Assembly (NCBI GenBank): GCA_964187785.1
Contig: OZ076409.1
Coordinates: forward strand, 49,230,001-49,294,000
Direction of reading: 5' to 3'
DNA length: 64,000 nucleotides
From: Amphiscolops sp. MND2022
Taxonomy: Eukaryota
The number at the start of each line of letters is the position of its first letter. Position 1 is the first letter of the stretch. A model generated the notes under the pieces. That model saw nothing but the letters and a program-made list of their open reading frames with translations, made no database searches and was not told the origin of the DNA. This document shows positions 1-13,844 of the stretch, one piece after another. Both the position numbers and the translations under genes were made by a program.

Positions 1-960
1 GTCTAGCGATGTCATTTTCAAAGTTTAGAGAACGAAAGAGCAGCTTCAAATAGTCTGCGAAAAAGCCAGGTTATAGAGTCAAGGAATATGCTGGCAAATC
101 GTTGATGAAAATTAAAAATAACAGCGGACCCAATACCGATCCTTGAGGGACACCACTTATAACACGAATGGTGTTTGACAAGTAGCCGCAGAAATATACA
201 AGCTGATGCCTGTCCTTGACATAGGAACTGAGAAGTCCAGGAATTCATCATCAAATCCAAACCTAGAAAGCTTCGATAACAGAACGTTCAGAGGAACTTT
301 ATCGAATGCTTTGGCATAATCGAGATATAGAATGTATTGTTGTCCGAACTTACCAAATTTGATAGTTTCAATGAAATCAAGCAGCTGTAAGACAGCCCTC
401 TTTCGTGACTGTAATCCAAACAGACTTGGATTGATATGGTGCCTGTTTTTCTCAATAAGAAAGTTAAAGAGAAGTCTTTCAAATACTATCGAGACTTTTG
501 GTAACAAGCTTATAGGCCTATAGTTGGCAATATCGTTTTTGACTCCAGACTTGAACATGGGATTGATATACGAACTTTTCCAGATAGGAGGAAATGAGCA
601 TGTTGAAAGATTGACAAGAACAGTGGAAGGAAAATACTGGCGAAAAATTGTGGCCAAAGATAAAAAATTTTACTTGGAAAACTGTCCGAAGTTACAGCTG
701 ACGAGCATTTAGTTCTCTGAATGGAGTTCAGTATTAGGTTTCCGTTGAGAGACTGAAGAAATTCGACAAATTTTAATGTCTTGGAGGACGCCGCAGAGGG
801 AGGAGCAAGCACAGGAGTTTCAATACCGGTCACAAATTTTGAGACCTCGGCAAGAGGAAAGTTTACGAAGTACTGCATCGTGTCAGAATGTTACAAAGTT
901 CAATAGAAATACATCTCGTGGGATGCCCTACGAAGGTATCATGTTGACAAACGATTCCAC
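1..960 (-). mobile_element. Degenerate non-LTR (CR1/L2-like LINE) reverse transcriptase fragment, copy 1 (cut by the window edge)
   Basis: ORF 157-657 has LINE RT motifs WK...NPMFKSG...NYRPISLL...FERL and LDYAKAFDKV; minus-strand SGVPQGSVLGPLLFLIFIND at ~100-160; frameshifted; 5' limit approximate. Confidence 0.85.
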
Positions 961-2039
961 TATTTAACCAATTGGTATCAGAATGATGGAAGCACACTCT
1001 GGAAAATAATTTTATTTTCGTTTCGTCAAGTTTCTCCTACACTGTATGAACTATTTTTGTGGATTTTCCCCCATTAAAGCAACGAAACTTATAGTACAAG
1101 ATTTGGATGCTTTCAGTGAACCTTATCAGGTTTGCACTTTTGTAAATTGCGAAACAGACTGGGAAATGTGCCTGAAATTGAATTTAGCTTCTAAATTTTA
1201 TAAAAATAGAAATCTATGGCAAAAACGTTGTGGAAATAAATATGCTTTTTGATTTTTCAAGAAATAATTTGCAGTTGCAAAAATTTAAACTCGAAGATAC
1301 TGAATTTTGCCACACAAAATCTCACTACTTCAATCAGTCCCCTAATATATGCTGTGATGTTTGACATCAAAAAGCAGTCATATAGAAAGATAAAAATCGC
1401 GTTCTTTAGAACTACTTGAGCAAATTGGCGGCAGTGGAACACAATACAGAGACGGTTCTTTGATCATCTTATCGTAGAAACATGGCCATGTATCGGGACT
1501 CAATTGTTCCTAATTACAATTGAAGACCAACTTTCAACAAACCGTGTCTTCCTTCATAACTTTATTAGCAAAATCGTGAAATTGCGACAAAAGCATAATT
1601 TTTTGCATTGATTTCATGTCTTACTTACATGTGAAAATTTACGGAAATTTGAAATTCCTAGAAGTTTTTGAAAGAGGGAGCGAAATCGCGATAAACCGAA
1701 ATCTTGTTCGAGACTCAGCTCGTCCAGTTGTTTGAACTTAAACCCTTAAATGCGAGGAACCATTCAAGTTTCCCTACTGAAATGGTTTTTTGTGTTCTGA
1801 AAAGTAATTTTCGAAGTTTTGAAAAATTCGATCTAAAATAGCTCCTGAAATCGACGGATGAAAAGGACAGTTGATACCCTGTTGTAATGCCCATCATCGA
1901 TATCGAATATTGCCGATTCCAGACAAGCCTTCCAACAGAAAATTGATTACAAATCTACTTTTGACATCGCGCAATTGTTCTGAAAAAGATGATGCCGTTT
2001 GTAAAAACTTGCAAAGGCCACTTTTATCATATAAAGCGC

Positions 2040-3870
2040 GTTGTTGTAACGACACGTGATACTATGAGATGGATAGACTTGGATACAAAATAGATAGACT
2101 TGCCTGCTGAGGTCATAGAATGCAGAGTCAGATAATACTGAGAGTACATTTACGTGTACTCCATGAACAACAAATGAAATAAGTGCAGATATTGTGTAAA
2201 TCAATTGGTTCAGTTAACAAAAATGTCTGGCATTTTCACTTATCTTTAGTATCATTGAGCTCAATAATCGAGTGTCGATGTAGATAATTATCTATATTAG
2301 CAGATCTTGAGAAGAACGAGTCGTCTGCTGGTGAGCCACGCAGAAGCTTTATTGGGTTGAAACCTTTCCTTCTCTTGTTTTCCCTGTGTTCAAGTTTGAT
2401 CTGGACATATTCACTATGATTGAAGATGTATTCGTTAGAAATAATATCAACAAACATGCATATTAGACTCAGCTGGATATGGAATGCCAGAGGGAGCTTT
2501 TTGTATTTGTGTAGTATTTCGGAATAGGACAATCGGCAGCCAAAAATCCAATGTAAACAAAATTTTCGAAAGTTCTGCAATATTTTAAACATCTGCTAAA
2601 CTGCATGCCAAACTTGCGAACCATAAAAGATGATTGAAACGACAGTGGTCATGTAAAGGTTGTAATTGACATCCGATGGGGTAGACGAAGGATTAGTTGT
2701 TTTCAGAAGGAAGATTATTCTTCTTGCTTTGTTCAGTTTATAGTTGATATGGTTTGTCCATTTGAGATTAGAAGTAACAATCAAACCCAAATGTTTTTGC
2801 AGAGTAACCTCAATAATTTCATCAGAATCCAATTGTAACATCACTCGAAAGTAAGACATTTGGTCATTTCTACATTTGCAATCACACCGTTTTAGAGATT
2901 CCAGAGAGCGAGTCTAGCGATGTCATTTTCAAAGTTTAGAGAACGAAAGAGCAGCTTCAAATAGTCTGCGAAAAAGCCAGGTTATAGAGTCAAGGAATAT
3001 GCTGGCAAATCGTTGATGAAAATTAAAAATAACAGCGGACCCAATACCGATCCTTGAGGGACACCACTTATAACACGAATGGTGTTTGACAAGTAGCCGC
3101 AGAAATATACAAGCTGATGCCTGTCCTTGACATAGGAACTGAGAAGTCCAGGAATTCATCATCAAATCCAAACCTAGAAAGCTTCGATAACAGAACGTTC
3201 AGAGGAACTTTATCGAATGCTTTGGCATAATCGAGATATAGAATGTATTGTTGTCCGAACTTACCAAATTTGATAGTTTCAATGAAATCAAGCAGCTGTA
3301 AGACAGCCCTCTTTCGTGACTGTAATCCAAACAGACTTGGATTGATATGGTGCCTGTTTTTCTCAATAAGAAAGTTAAAGAGAAGTCTTTCAAATACTAT
3401 CGAGACTTTTGGTAACAAGCTTATAGGCCTATAGTTGGCAATATCGTTTTTGACTCCAGACTTGAACATGGGATTGATATACGAACTTTTCCAGATAGGA
3501 GGAAATGAGCATGTTGAAAGATTGACAAGAACAGTGGAAGGAAAATACTGGCGAAAAATTGTGGCCAAAGATAAAAAATTTTACTTGGAAAACTGTCCGA
3601 AGTTACAGCTGACGAGCATTTAGTTCTCTGAATGGAGTTCAGTATTAGGTTTCCGTTGAGAGACTGAAGAAATTCGACAAATTTTAATGTCTTGGAGGAC
3701 GCCGCAGAGGGAGGAGCAAGCACAGGAGTTTCAATACCGGTCACAAATTTTGAGACCTCGGCAAGAGGAAAGTTTACGAAGTACTGCATCGTGTCAGAAT
3801 GTTACAAAGTTCAATAGAAATACATCTCGTGGGATGCCCTACGAAGGTATCATGTTGACAAACGATTCCA
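2040..3870 (-). mobile_element. 5'-truncated degenerate CR1/L2-like LINE (RT core plus 3' region), copy 2
   Basis: ORF 3068-3568 (RT motifs), then 2596-2859 (QKHLGLIVTSNLKWTNHI, typical LINE RT C-terminal block) and 2236-2592; several frameshifts; ends approximate. Confidence 0.85.
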
Positions 3871-5776
3871 CTATTTAACCAATTGGTATCAGAATGATGG
3901 AAGCACACTCTGGAAAATAATTTTATTTTCGTTTCGTCAAGTTTCTCCTACACTGTATGAACTATTTTTGTGGATTTTCCCCCATTAAAGCAACGAAACT
4001 TATAGTACAAGATTTGGATGCTTTCAGTGAACCTTATCAGGTTTGCACTTTTGTAAATTGCGAAACAGACTGGGAAATGTGCCTGAAATTGAATTTAGCT
4101 TCTAAATTTTATAAAAATAGAAATCTATGGCAAAAACGTTGTGGAAATAAATATGCTTTTTGATTTTTCAAGAAATAATTTGCAGTTGCAAAAATTTAAA
4201 CTCGAAGATACTGAATTTTGCCACACAAAATCTCACTACTTCAATCAGTCCCCTAATATATGCTGTGATGTTTGACATCAAAAAGCAGTCATATAGAAAG
4301 ATAAAAATCGCGTTCTTTAGAACTACTTGAGCAAATTGGCGGCAGTGGAACACAATACAGAGACGGTTCTTTGATCATCTTATCGTAGAAACATGGCCAT
4401 GTATCGGGACTCAATTGTTCCTAATTACAATTGAAGACCAACTTTCAACAAACCGTGTCTTCCTTCATAACTTTATTAGCAAAATCGTGAAATTGCGACA
4501 AAAGCATAATTTTTTGCATTGATTTCATGTCTTACTTACATGTGAAAATTTACGGAAATTTGAAATTCCTAGAAGTTTTTGAAAGAGGGAGCGAAATCGC
4601 GATAAACCGAAATCTTGTTCGAGACTCAGCTCGTCCAGTTGTTTGAACTTAAACCCTTAAATGCGAGGAACCATTCAAGTTTCCCTACTGAAATGGTTTT
4701 TTGTGTTCTGAAAAGTAATTTTTGAAGTTTTGAAAAATTCGATCTAAAATAGCTCCTGAAATCGATGGATGAAAAGGACAGTTGATACCCTGTTGTAATG
4801 CCCATCATCGATATCGAATATTGCCGATTCCAGACAAGCCTTCCAACAGAAAATTGATTCAAAATCTACTTTTGACATCGCGCAATTGTTCTGAAAAAGA
4901 TGATGCCGTTTGTAAAAACTTGCAAAGGCCACTTTTATCATATAAAGTTCATTGACCCAATTCGACTAGGTGTAAACCAAACGAAAAAGGTCCTTTTTTG
5001 GGATACTACCTCCCCAAAGCAAGCTACAGAACCATATTTGCTATCAAAAGTTCGGCTGTTGTCGGTATGAAGGTGTGGTTTCGACGAATTTTGATCAATT
5101 GCACAAAGATCAGATTGTTCGCTGTTTCTATTTTCATTCTTGTTTCCTCTGTTGAATGCATTTTCATTACAGTGGCTAGTTTTTTTCTCCAGTAGCTCTG
5201 ATCCGTTCACTTTTACGAAGTGAAGTATGAAATACAGATAAAGCAAATATTATACGGTAAAGACCAATTGGCTTAGGCAGCACACATATTCGAATTGTTG
5301 ACGACGTTATATCCGAAAAAATTGCATTTACCAAGAAGAGGCCGATGTTCGAAAGAGCGCTCGCACGTGACACAGCACGCTTTATTGCGTTTTGCGAAAT
5401 TTAAGGGTCTCCTTTTGGGTTTTTCAGCGCTATGAGACTTTACGGAAAGAAAAACGAAATGTTTTCCAAAAATTGGCTTTTTGATGTTTCGAGTTAGTGT
5501 GCGACTTTTCTGGAAAAATTAAATTTAATCAAAGGGTACGCCTTGCCAAGGCTCAGTGAGTTTCATAAATGTTTTCGGCTTGAAAAAAAATAGTTTAGCG
5601 AGCTTAAAGTTCCTTTTTGGCTCTATGAGACTTTTCCAAAGAGAAAAATTCGATTGTGTTCCACCAGTTGGGGAAAGAGGCGTATTTTGAGTCTTATGGT
5701 GCTGTAAATTCGATGAATATTTTCACAATGCTCTGGACCTTCGCATAGACAAAACACCGTTTTGTAAACTTGAGCG

Positions 5777-5976
5777 NNNNNNNNNNNNNNNNNNNNNNNN
5801 NNNNNNNNNNNNNNNNNNNNNNNNNNNNNNNNNNNNNNNNNNNNNNNNNNNNNNNNNNNNNNNNNNNNNNNNNNNNNNNNNNNNNNNNNNNNNNNNNNNN
5901 NNNNNNNNNNNNNNNNNNNNNNNNNNNNNNNNNNNNNNNNNNNNNNNNNNNNNNNNNNNNNNNNNNNNNNNNNNNN
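5777..5976. other. Assembly gap (200 N)
   Basis: Run of exactly 200 N. Confidence 1.
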
Positions 5977-6644
5977 AAAGATTTCATCTATTTTTTTCCA
6001 ATTTTTCGACAGACTTCATCAACCGGAACGTTGGAAAGGGTCACCAAGGAAAGAATATGTTGTCCAGTATCCTTTGAAAAGAGATAAATGCAGTTTTTCA
6101 AACGAAAACTGTCGAATTGACATCGGAAAAGACAAAATTTCGAAAACTTTCCGATTTTAAGTATTTTTGTTCAATTTTTGTCGACAATTTTTCTTCTTCC
6201 AAATCTTCCATACTTCTGAAAACTACAAAAAGGTGTTAAAATGGTCAATAATTGGAAATTGAAATTTTTGTTTTTTTTGAGGGCTATTCTGGATCACTTT
6301 GTAGCAACAAGCTTCAAATTACTATTCACAAAAAAATACAGCAGAGGTGTTGAGCTCAGTAGATGTTCTCATCAGTCGAAACGTCGGAAAACATAACAAA
6401 AATCGCCCTAAACTCTCAAACTTGCATATTTTAGTTTCTTTGGCTAGTTGTTGGTATTTTTCAGTCACTTTTCGATAAGAAAGACGTAAGTTTTCTCTCC
6501 TGAAGAATGATAGGTAGGTACTCCTTTTGCCTTACTACTCTGTGTATAGTGATACCCACTAAAACATCAAAAAAAACGAACAAGTTGCATGAAGATACCA
6601 GAAACGAAAGGAAAAACTTTTTTTTACATTTCAAGGCTTTTTTT

Positions 6645-7848
6645 ATAACAACTCGTGTTTTTTTGGAAAATAGGCTAATTAAGTGCTTTATGGCGTTGAT
6701 TTTTTTTGTATAGTAACCCTACCTAAAACTACAACACTCGGACTAGAAAGTTTAAAAATGTGGAATAATGACTTCGTAACTGTTTATTATTTTCCGCCCA
6801 TATTTCATATGGGAAAGGAAAATATTTAAATCAAACGGGTTTTTTTTACAAAGTTTGCCAAGCACCAATTTATATTTATATTTTCCTTTAAGGGTGTTTT
6901 CCAAAGAATTCAACCCACAAAAACTTAACTTCGTGCAATTTGTGATTTGAGAGATTTCTGGAGTTTTTTCAGTTGACCCCACGGACCCCAAAATGACCAC
7001 ACAAACAGTAAAAACTGCAAAAATTTCCAATTTTTTACGTTTTATTGCAATTTTTGTCAATTTTTCGATAGATGTCGTGGATCAAAATGTTGAAAAGGTT
7101 CGAATGGGCAAGAATTCGTTGTCCAGTAGTCGTTTATGAAGTTATAATTGCTTTTTTTGGAAAAAAAGACTCAACACTGACAAAAAATTCTCGATTTTTA
7201 CGTTTTTATGCTATTTTTGTCATATTTTCGATAGACTTCGTGAATAACAACTCGTGTTTTTTTTGGAAAATAGGCTAATTAAGTGCTTTATGGCGTTGAT
7301 TTTTTTGTATAGTAACCCTACCTAAAACTACAACACTCGGACTAGAAAGTAAAAAAAAGTGGAATAATGACTTCGTAACTGTTTATTATTTTCCGCCCAT
7401 ATTTCATATGGGAAAGGAAAATATTTAAATCAAACGGGTTTTTTTTACAAAGTTTGCCAAGCACCAATTTATATTTATATTTTCCTTTAAGGGTGTTTTC
7501 CAAAGAATTCAACCCACAAAAACTTAACTTCGTGCAATTTGTGATTTGAGAGATTTCTGGAGTTTTTTCAGTTGACCCCACGGACCCCAAAATGACCCCA
7601 CAAACAGTAAAAACTGCAAAAATTTCCAATTTTTTACGTTTTTTTGCAATTTTTGTCAATTTTTCGATAGATGTCGTGGATCAAAATGTTGAAAAGGTTC
7701 GAATGGGCAAGAATTCGTTGTCCAGTAGTCGTTTATGAAGTTATAATTGCTTTTTTTGGAAAAAAAGACTCAACACTGACAAAAAAAATTCTCGATTTTT
7801 ACGTTTTTATGCTATTTTTGTCATATTTTCGATAGACTTCGTGAATAA
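6645..7848. repeat. ~599 bp tandem duplication
   Basis: ataacaactcgtgtttt...ggaaaataggctaattaagtgc at 6645 and 7244; near-identical spurious ORFs 6752-7060 and 7342-7659. Confidence 0.9.
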
Positions 7849-10175
7849 GAATGCTGAAAATGGCCAACATTGCACTAATTCGTTGTGCAGTAGGCTTCTC
7901 CGAAGAGATAGTTGCTGTTTTATAAATGAAAATGTCTCAAATAGACACCGAAAATCACAAAAATCCCAAAACTTTTCAATTTTTAAAGATTTTATCTATT
8001 TTTTTCCAAATTTTCGACAGACTTCGTCAACCGGAACGTTGGAAAGGGTCACCAAGGAAAGAATATGTTGTCCAGTGTGCTTAGAGAAGAGATAAATGCA
8101 GGTTTTTAAACGATAACTGTCAAAATGACATCGGAAAAAAAAGTTTCAATAATTTTCCGATTTTCAATATTTTTGTTCATTTTTTGTCGAAATATCGATA
8201 GACGTCGTGGACTAGAATTGTAAAACGCCTAAAGCATGGGTGTTGTTTCCGCGAGTTTTTGTTACGAGATAAGTTCAATTTGTAAAAGAAAAATGCCTCA
8301 AATTGACCCTGAACTGTCAAAAAAATTGAAGTTTTTGTCGTTTTTGATGCAATTTCTGTACATTTTCCGGAAGTTTTCGTTCCAAGTTCCAACACAAAAA
8401 ACTCAACAACGAAAAAACGAACTTTGCATTACATTCTGTGGAGAGAACGTTCCAGTGTTTTGCTTCAAAAACACTTCAGAATGACTCCGAAGCTGTCGAA
8501 AAATTTCAGCATCTTCGTTTTTGTGCTACTTGTGTACTTTTTGAATAGTTTTGGAGTCAGAATCTTGGCAAACGTTCAACGAAGACTGAATTCATAAGCC
8601 AGTAGTCTTTTGAAGAAATGTTTGCAGATTTGTTGGAAAATGGCTCAAAGTTGACCGCAAGAAGTCGAAAATGTCGAAATTTTTGTCGATTTCCAACATT
8701 TTCAGTGAATTTTTATTTGAGATTGGAAGATTTCGATGAAACAAAAGCTTCGAAAAGCTCCAGATGATAAAACTAGGTCCGAAGCACGTTTTTTGAAGCA
8801 ATTGTCTACTTTCTGGTCGAAAGTTTTCTCAAAATGACCCAATTATTGGAAACACTGAGAATTTTCAAGTTCTTTTTACCATTATAGGCAGTGTTCTGTA
8901 CTATTTTTGAGCTACTTCCTTGCATGGAATGGTTTGAAAAACTCAACTATGACCAATCGAGGTACCTCCAGTGGGAAATTTTGGAGAGATAATTGCATCT
9001 TTTCCTTGGAAGTGGCTTTAAATCACCTAAAAGTACGCGAAACATCAAAAAAGCACGCTGTTTGACAAACTAATCCCAATTTTTGTTCGAACCACGAAAG
9101 TTTTTGAAGAATAGAACTTCCAATGACCTGGGCGTTGAAACAATAATGTATTCAAAACGCAAATGGGGAAAAAGTGGGATGAAGTTCATTAAGTTTGCAA
9201 CAAAGGTGTCAAACATACTATATTTTCTTTATTTTCGACAACATAGCCCCAATTTTCGACCCTTTCCGAAAAAATACTTCAATCAGAAATACAATAGGCA
9301 CAGGATTGAAAAGTGTTTCGAAAAATTAACAGACAAATTCATTCGCCCAACTTTCAAAAACATTACTTGAAAACGTAAATTTCGACCACATTTATACAAT
9401 GTTTAGTACTCAAAAACCTCCAATCAAAGTAACTAGATATGGAGTACAATATGGAGTACAAAATATTTCGAGCAACTCCGTGGGCAAAAATGGTGTAAAC
9501 ATTCTACAACAGCTAAACTTGGTGTCCAGTAGGCCTAACTTTGAAGTGACATCTGTAGGTTCATTCCACAAACTGACCCCAAAGTTGTCAAAACTATTTC
9601 CAATTTTAATGGTGAAACTATGTGCAATAATATAACAAACCCTGATCGATGAACTTTCCTAATATTGCAAAAGATCTATTTCTAAGCTTTTTCTATTTTC
9701 TCAGTGTCAAAAGAACCTCATGTAATACGCCTGAGACTAGGAAACCACTTTTTGCCCAACAGGCACCAAAAAACCCATTTTTTAAGTTTTTTTCTGGTAA
9801 AGCTTTTTGTTGGGGAAACGAGTTTCAGCTCGCAAAACTACCTGTCTGAAGCCGAAATCAGCTATGAAAGCAGGGGGTACCCTTTGACGAAATGAATGTT
9901 TCGGAAAGACGCACAGAGTCGAAAAACTGAATTGATGTAATTTCCACAATCCAGAAGAAACCTCGTCAGTTCTATATGATCAAAAGTAACTCAGAAGTCA
10001 CAATCAAGACTCGGGAAACCTATTTCCTTTACAGAAAACCTCAAAAATTAAAAATTGCGAAAAATGTTTTTCAGAAATTATTTTCAAAAAAGTTTTTGAA
10101 AATTTTCTTTTTTCTCGGTGAGTCGCATAGTGCCGAAAAAAAACGAAAATGGCCTGCTATCGCAGAAATACTAAA
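6645..10175 (+). repeat. Composite interspersed repeat with degenerate ~165-185 bp internal units (left copy)
   Basis: Recurrent ttttcgatagac(t/g)tcgtg...ttgtccagtag motif (7062, 7225, 7661, 7826, 8011, ~8195; also 5977-6160); colinear reverse-complement similarity to 13845-15606 and 24240-25210. Confidence 0.7.
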
Positions 10176-11243
10176 TTAGTTGTTTCCTTGAAAAATGGTC
10201 TAAAATGAATCAAAGCTTTTTTTCCGAACCTTTTTGCGTTTTCATAGTGCAGTGGCTATTCTTGAGCTTCAAATTTATTTAATTGTAGGACAGTTCGGGG
10301 CGGAAAATATCTCGCTGCTAAGCGGGCGTCTTGTTCTTAAAAAATCCAAAAATTGCAATCGAAAGTCCCCTCAAGCATGCCCAGGGGGTCTATGCTTCAT
10401 AAGGTTATAACCTCAACTAGACGTGTCAATTAAGAAAAGGGAAAACGAGTCAGACAAATATGATCAGAGCTGATGAAACCTGGGTTTACACCTAGTTTTG
10501 CGCTGAAATACCATAATTTGTGTGGTCAAAACATTCGACCAGTTTATTCAGATATGACGAAGTACTTGTTGCGTCTCGGCTAATTAGGTATTGATTGGCC
10601 TAAATTTATGGAGTGCTTGTGCCTCAGAAGATGCAACTTTGGTGGCTCACGCTTCATGAGGGTATGGTGGGAGCATGTTCTTCTCAGGATCCAGAAATTG
10701 CACAAAAATAGCTTAAATGAGACAAAATTTGAAAGTAATTTCGAAGATTCCGGGAAGTCACAGCGTTTTTTATAGTAAAAACATCAATTTTCGTTTCTGC
10801 AAAGCATGTTAGATACCTGATGGTTTCGTCATGTATTTTTTTGTATATTCTAAACTCTGGAGACCATCAGAAATTTGCACAAAAGTGTATGAAGTCGGTC
10901 GAAAATAGGTAAATTTTGGTTAGGTTGGTATCATTTCGGTGTCATTTTGAGGCACTTTTTGAGGCACAAAAATTTCAATCATCTCGACATATGCTTATCC
11001 CACAAACTTTAGTTTATAGCAGTTGAATTCCGTGGAACAACCTCCATAGTTTGGGTATGAAGTTGTAACATTCCAAAGTAATTGCTAAGTACTTCAGGTA
11101 ATAAATTTTTTTGCCATTTGGGAAATAATTAAATTATGAAGCACTACACTTCGCCAGTCGACTGTCTTAACTTATGTTTTACTGTGAATTATTGAAAACC
11201 AGATACCAAAACCTAAGTTTATGGATGCTAACCAGATACCTTG

Positions 11244-11706
11244 TGTTACGACTATTGGTCGGTGTAGTTTTAGAGCTAGTCGCATTTATTATTTTTACAG
11301 GCGTAGACGTTCTGGTAACGGAGATGTTTTCTGGCTCAGAATCAGAGTCTTGATTGTTCAGATGTACAGGCTGTTTTATACTCAAAGGTGCTATCAATTT
11401 AACGTTTCCTTTTGATTCTCAGCTAATATCTTCGTTAGATCAGACATGATTTCTTTTTTCAAAGATGTTTTTATCTCATCAAGATTTTCAGGTTCAACTT
11501 TAAGAGTTTTGCTAGGCCCAGCTACTAGGTTTTCAGATAAATTATTTTCAGCTATTGGAGCTTCAAATTCTCCGGAAACTAATCTAATTGTCATTTTTGA
11601 ATAGAGAAGAAAGAAGATCTTTGGAATTGGTGAATTCGTCAAAGAGAGTTTTTCGTTGATACAACGGAACAATTGAACATGAAACGATTACAAGACTAAT
11701 TTTACA
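11244..11706 (-). mobile_element. Putative solo-LTR remnant carrying a frameshifted gag-N-terminus-like ORF
   Basis: Bounded by TGTTACGA (11244) and TTTTACA (11706); ORFs 11394-11672 and 11179-11397 join by a frameshift into a coiled-coil then Ser/Thr-rich peptide running to the boundary; no TSD found. Confidence 0.4.
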
Positions 11707-12563
11707 TGTCTCTAACTATTTATACTTTCCTAACATCATTTGCTCTTCACCTAAAAATTCCTAGGTATCATAAAAATCGAGTTTGTTCATCAAAAAGTGC
11801 TGATGATTCAAATTATTTCGGTTCCGCGTCATACAATCAGGCAACGAAATTCCTAGTTGCCTCACTATTCCGTAAATTTTCGTTGAAATCAGTTTTGATC
11901 AGGCGATCCCATTTCCCGTCTGAGCTTCAAAATTGCGGCAAAATGAAAATCTAGCTGACATTTTCATCAGCGTAGGCTTGCCGGCGTGATCAATTAGTCA
12001 ATTCCCAACTTGGGAAAGCTGAGATTCGAAGCGAAAGTATGACTCGCAAAAATGATGACGGAGCAAAAAAGTTTAGGAATGGATATGAACAAATGATGCT
12101 GAAAAAGACTTGTTTATTTGTTGAGAAAATTGCAATTGCACCAAAAGCAACAAGATCAAAATGACAAGGTCACAACGAACTTGAACAAGGCATTACTAAT
12201 ATAGTATGTAAAACCCGAAAAAATTTACAAATGCGAATTGAACATTTCATACAAAATAACCAAAATATAAGTACAAACTCGTGCATAGTATGGCTATAGT
12301 TAGAACATTACAAAGTAGTGATAAACTGGCATTAACAGGTAACAAGATTCATTTAGGGAACATTATTACTTCAACACGAATGCTCTATGATCTTGACGGA
12401 CACAGTCCGTTATACAAAACGATACAAAAATTCCAAAGTCAGAGTTTTAGCTCATTAAATAAATGAATGCACATCGTGAACAATTACGTTCATATCTCGT
12501 AAGAGTATTGCACTATTGAGGTCATAATCCGAGTTTTCCAAAACTTCCTTACAGTACAGCCTT

Positions 12564-13466
12564 TGTCATGTGAAATCCTATACCTAAATATTTAAATGCG
12601 TCGATTCAGAAAAATCTCGTTTGAATTTTGTTTGAACCAAGACTTCGTAGTTATGCTTTTACAATTCGCTCCGTATACGCTCCGTACGTTATAAGCTTAG
12701 CTATAGCTAAGCAGTGGAGTACAATTTTACAATCTGCTTGGTAGTCGCTCCCTACATATTAAGATTAGGTATAGTTGAGCAGCGGTGGCTGGCGGAGAGA
12801 AAGCGGAGAGCGTAGGGGACTTCATTTTCTTTCTCTTAGCTAGTTGGCGTTGCTAGCTCAAATAATTAAGTAGAGGGACGACGCTATTGGTCCGTAAAAA
12901 GAGAAACACCGGTTGCTAGTTTAGTTGAGTGACGCTGGCATAACGTTGTAAACATTTGCTTAAATTCACTTGACTGAGATTTTAAGTGGATATTCACCAC
13001 TACTTTAATACCGGAAAACAATTCCTCTATACTATTTTGTATGTTCTTTTCATTTTAGATTGTATGAATTCCGTTGGGATCGAGTTAAGTTTTGTTTTCA
13101 ATGTTTTCTTTTTAGTGGTGGAGAATGGAAGAAATGATCCAAATTTGGTTCCCGTTTTAGTTTTTAGATTAGTATGGAAGTTTCAAAAGACAGTACCGGA
13201 AATAAAGAATAACGTCGCGTGTGAAAACCTTAAACCGGAAGTTTTAGTAAGCTCTAAAATCATTTCCAAAAACACTCAGTAATGCTTACGTTAGATTTTC
13301 GTATCCGGAAAATTATCTAGAAATATTTCGACTGTTCTGTAAATAGAATCAAGTTAATAGTTTAGAAATACCTATTGTATTCTTGTGCTCGTCCTCTGCC
13401 AATTCCTGGGTGGCAAGTACAATACCGACCGGGAGCGGGTAGTGACACCTTCAAGTTTTCGTAACA
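12564..13466 (+). mobile_element. Putative solo LTR (~900 bp)
   Basis: Starts TGTCATG, ends CGTAACA; flanks CCTT/TCTT (4-bp TSD with one mismatch); composition distinct from flanks. Confidence 0.55.
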
Positions 13467-13844
13467 TCTTTTTTTTCATTTTTTACTCTTATTTTTTCTG
13501 TGATAGCAGGAAAAATATAGAAATCTGAACTATGCAACTTTTTTCACAGTCAACTTTTTGGTACCTACTGAAAAATTCAGATATGTTGTTCGGCCGTGAG
13601 TATAAGCGTGAAGTATAAGTTTCAAGTTGCCGACAAAAATTAGTTTCTCGTGCGATCAAACGAGCGAGTGGTAATTATGCGGAGTATGGGTTCATCTCGC
13701 ACTCAACCAAAAAGATTTTATGTTTTAAAAGTAACGGGGAGACCAAAGAGTCCTCATTTAGAACTTTCCCGGGACTTCGCGAAGACGATTTTGTTTCCAA
13801 ACATAAATTCTCTTATTTTTGTTTTAGCAGAACCAACAGCGTTT

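Larger units (their letters stand above)
1..4947. repeat. Near-identical tandem duplication, period 2911 bp (1-2036 = 2912-4947)
   Basis: Sequence at 1 (gtctagcgatgtcatttt) recurs at 2912; identical ORF set offset by 2911; copies part after 'ataaag' (2036/4947); only a few differences seen. Confidence 0.95.
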
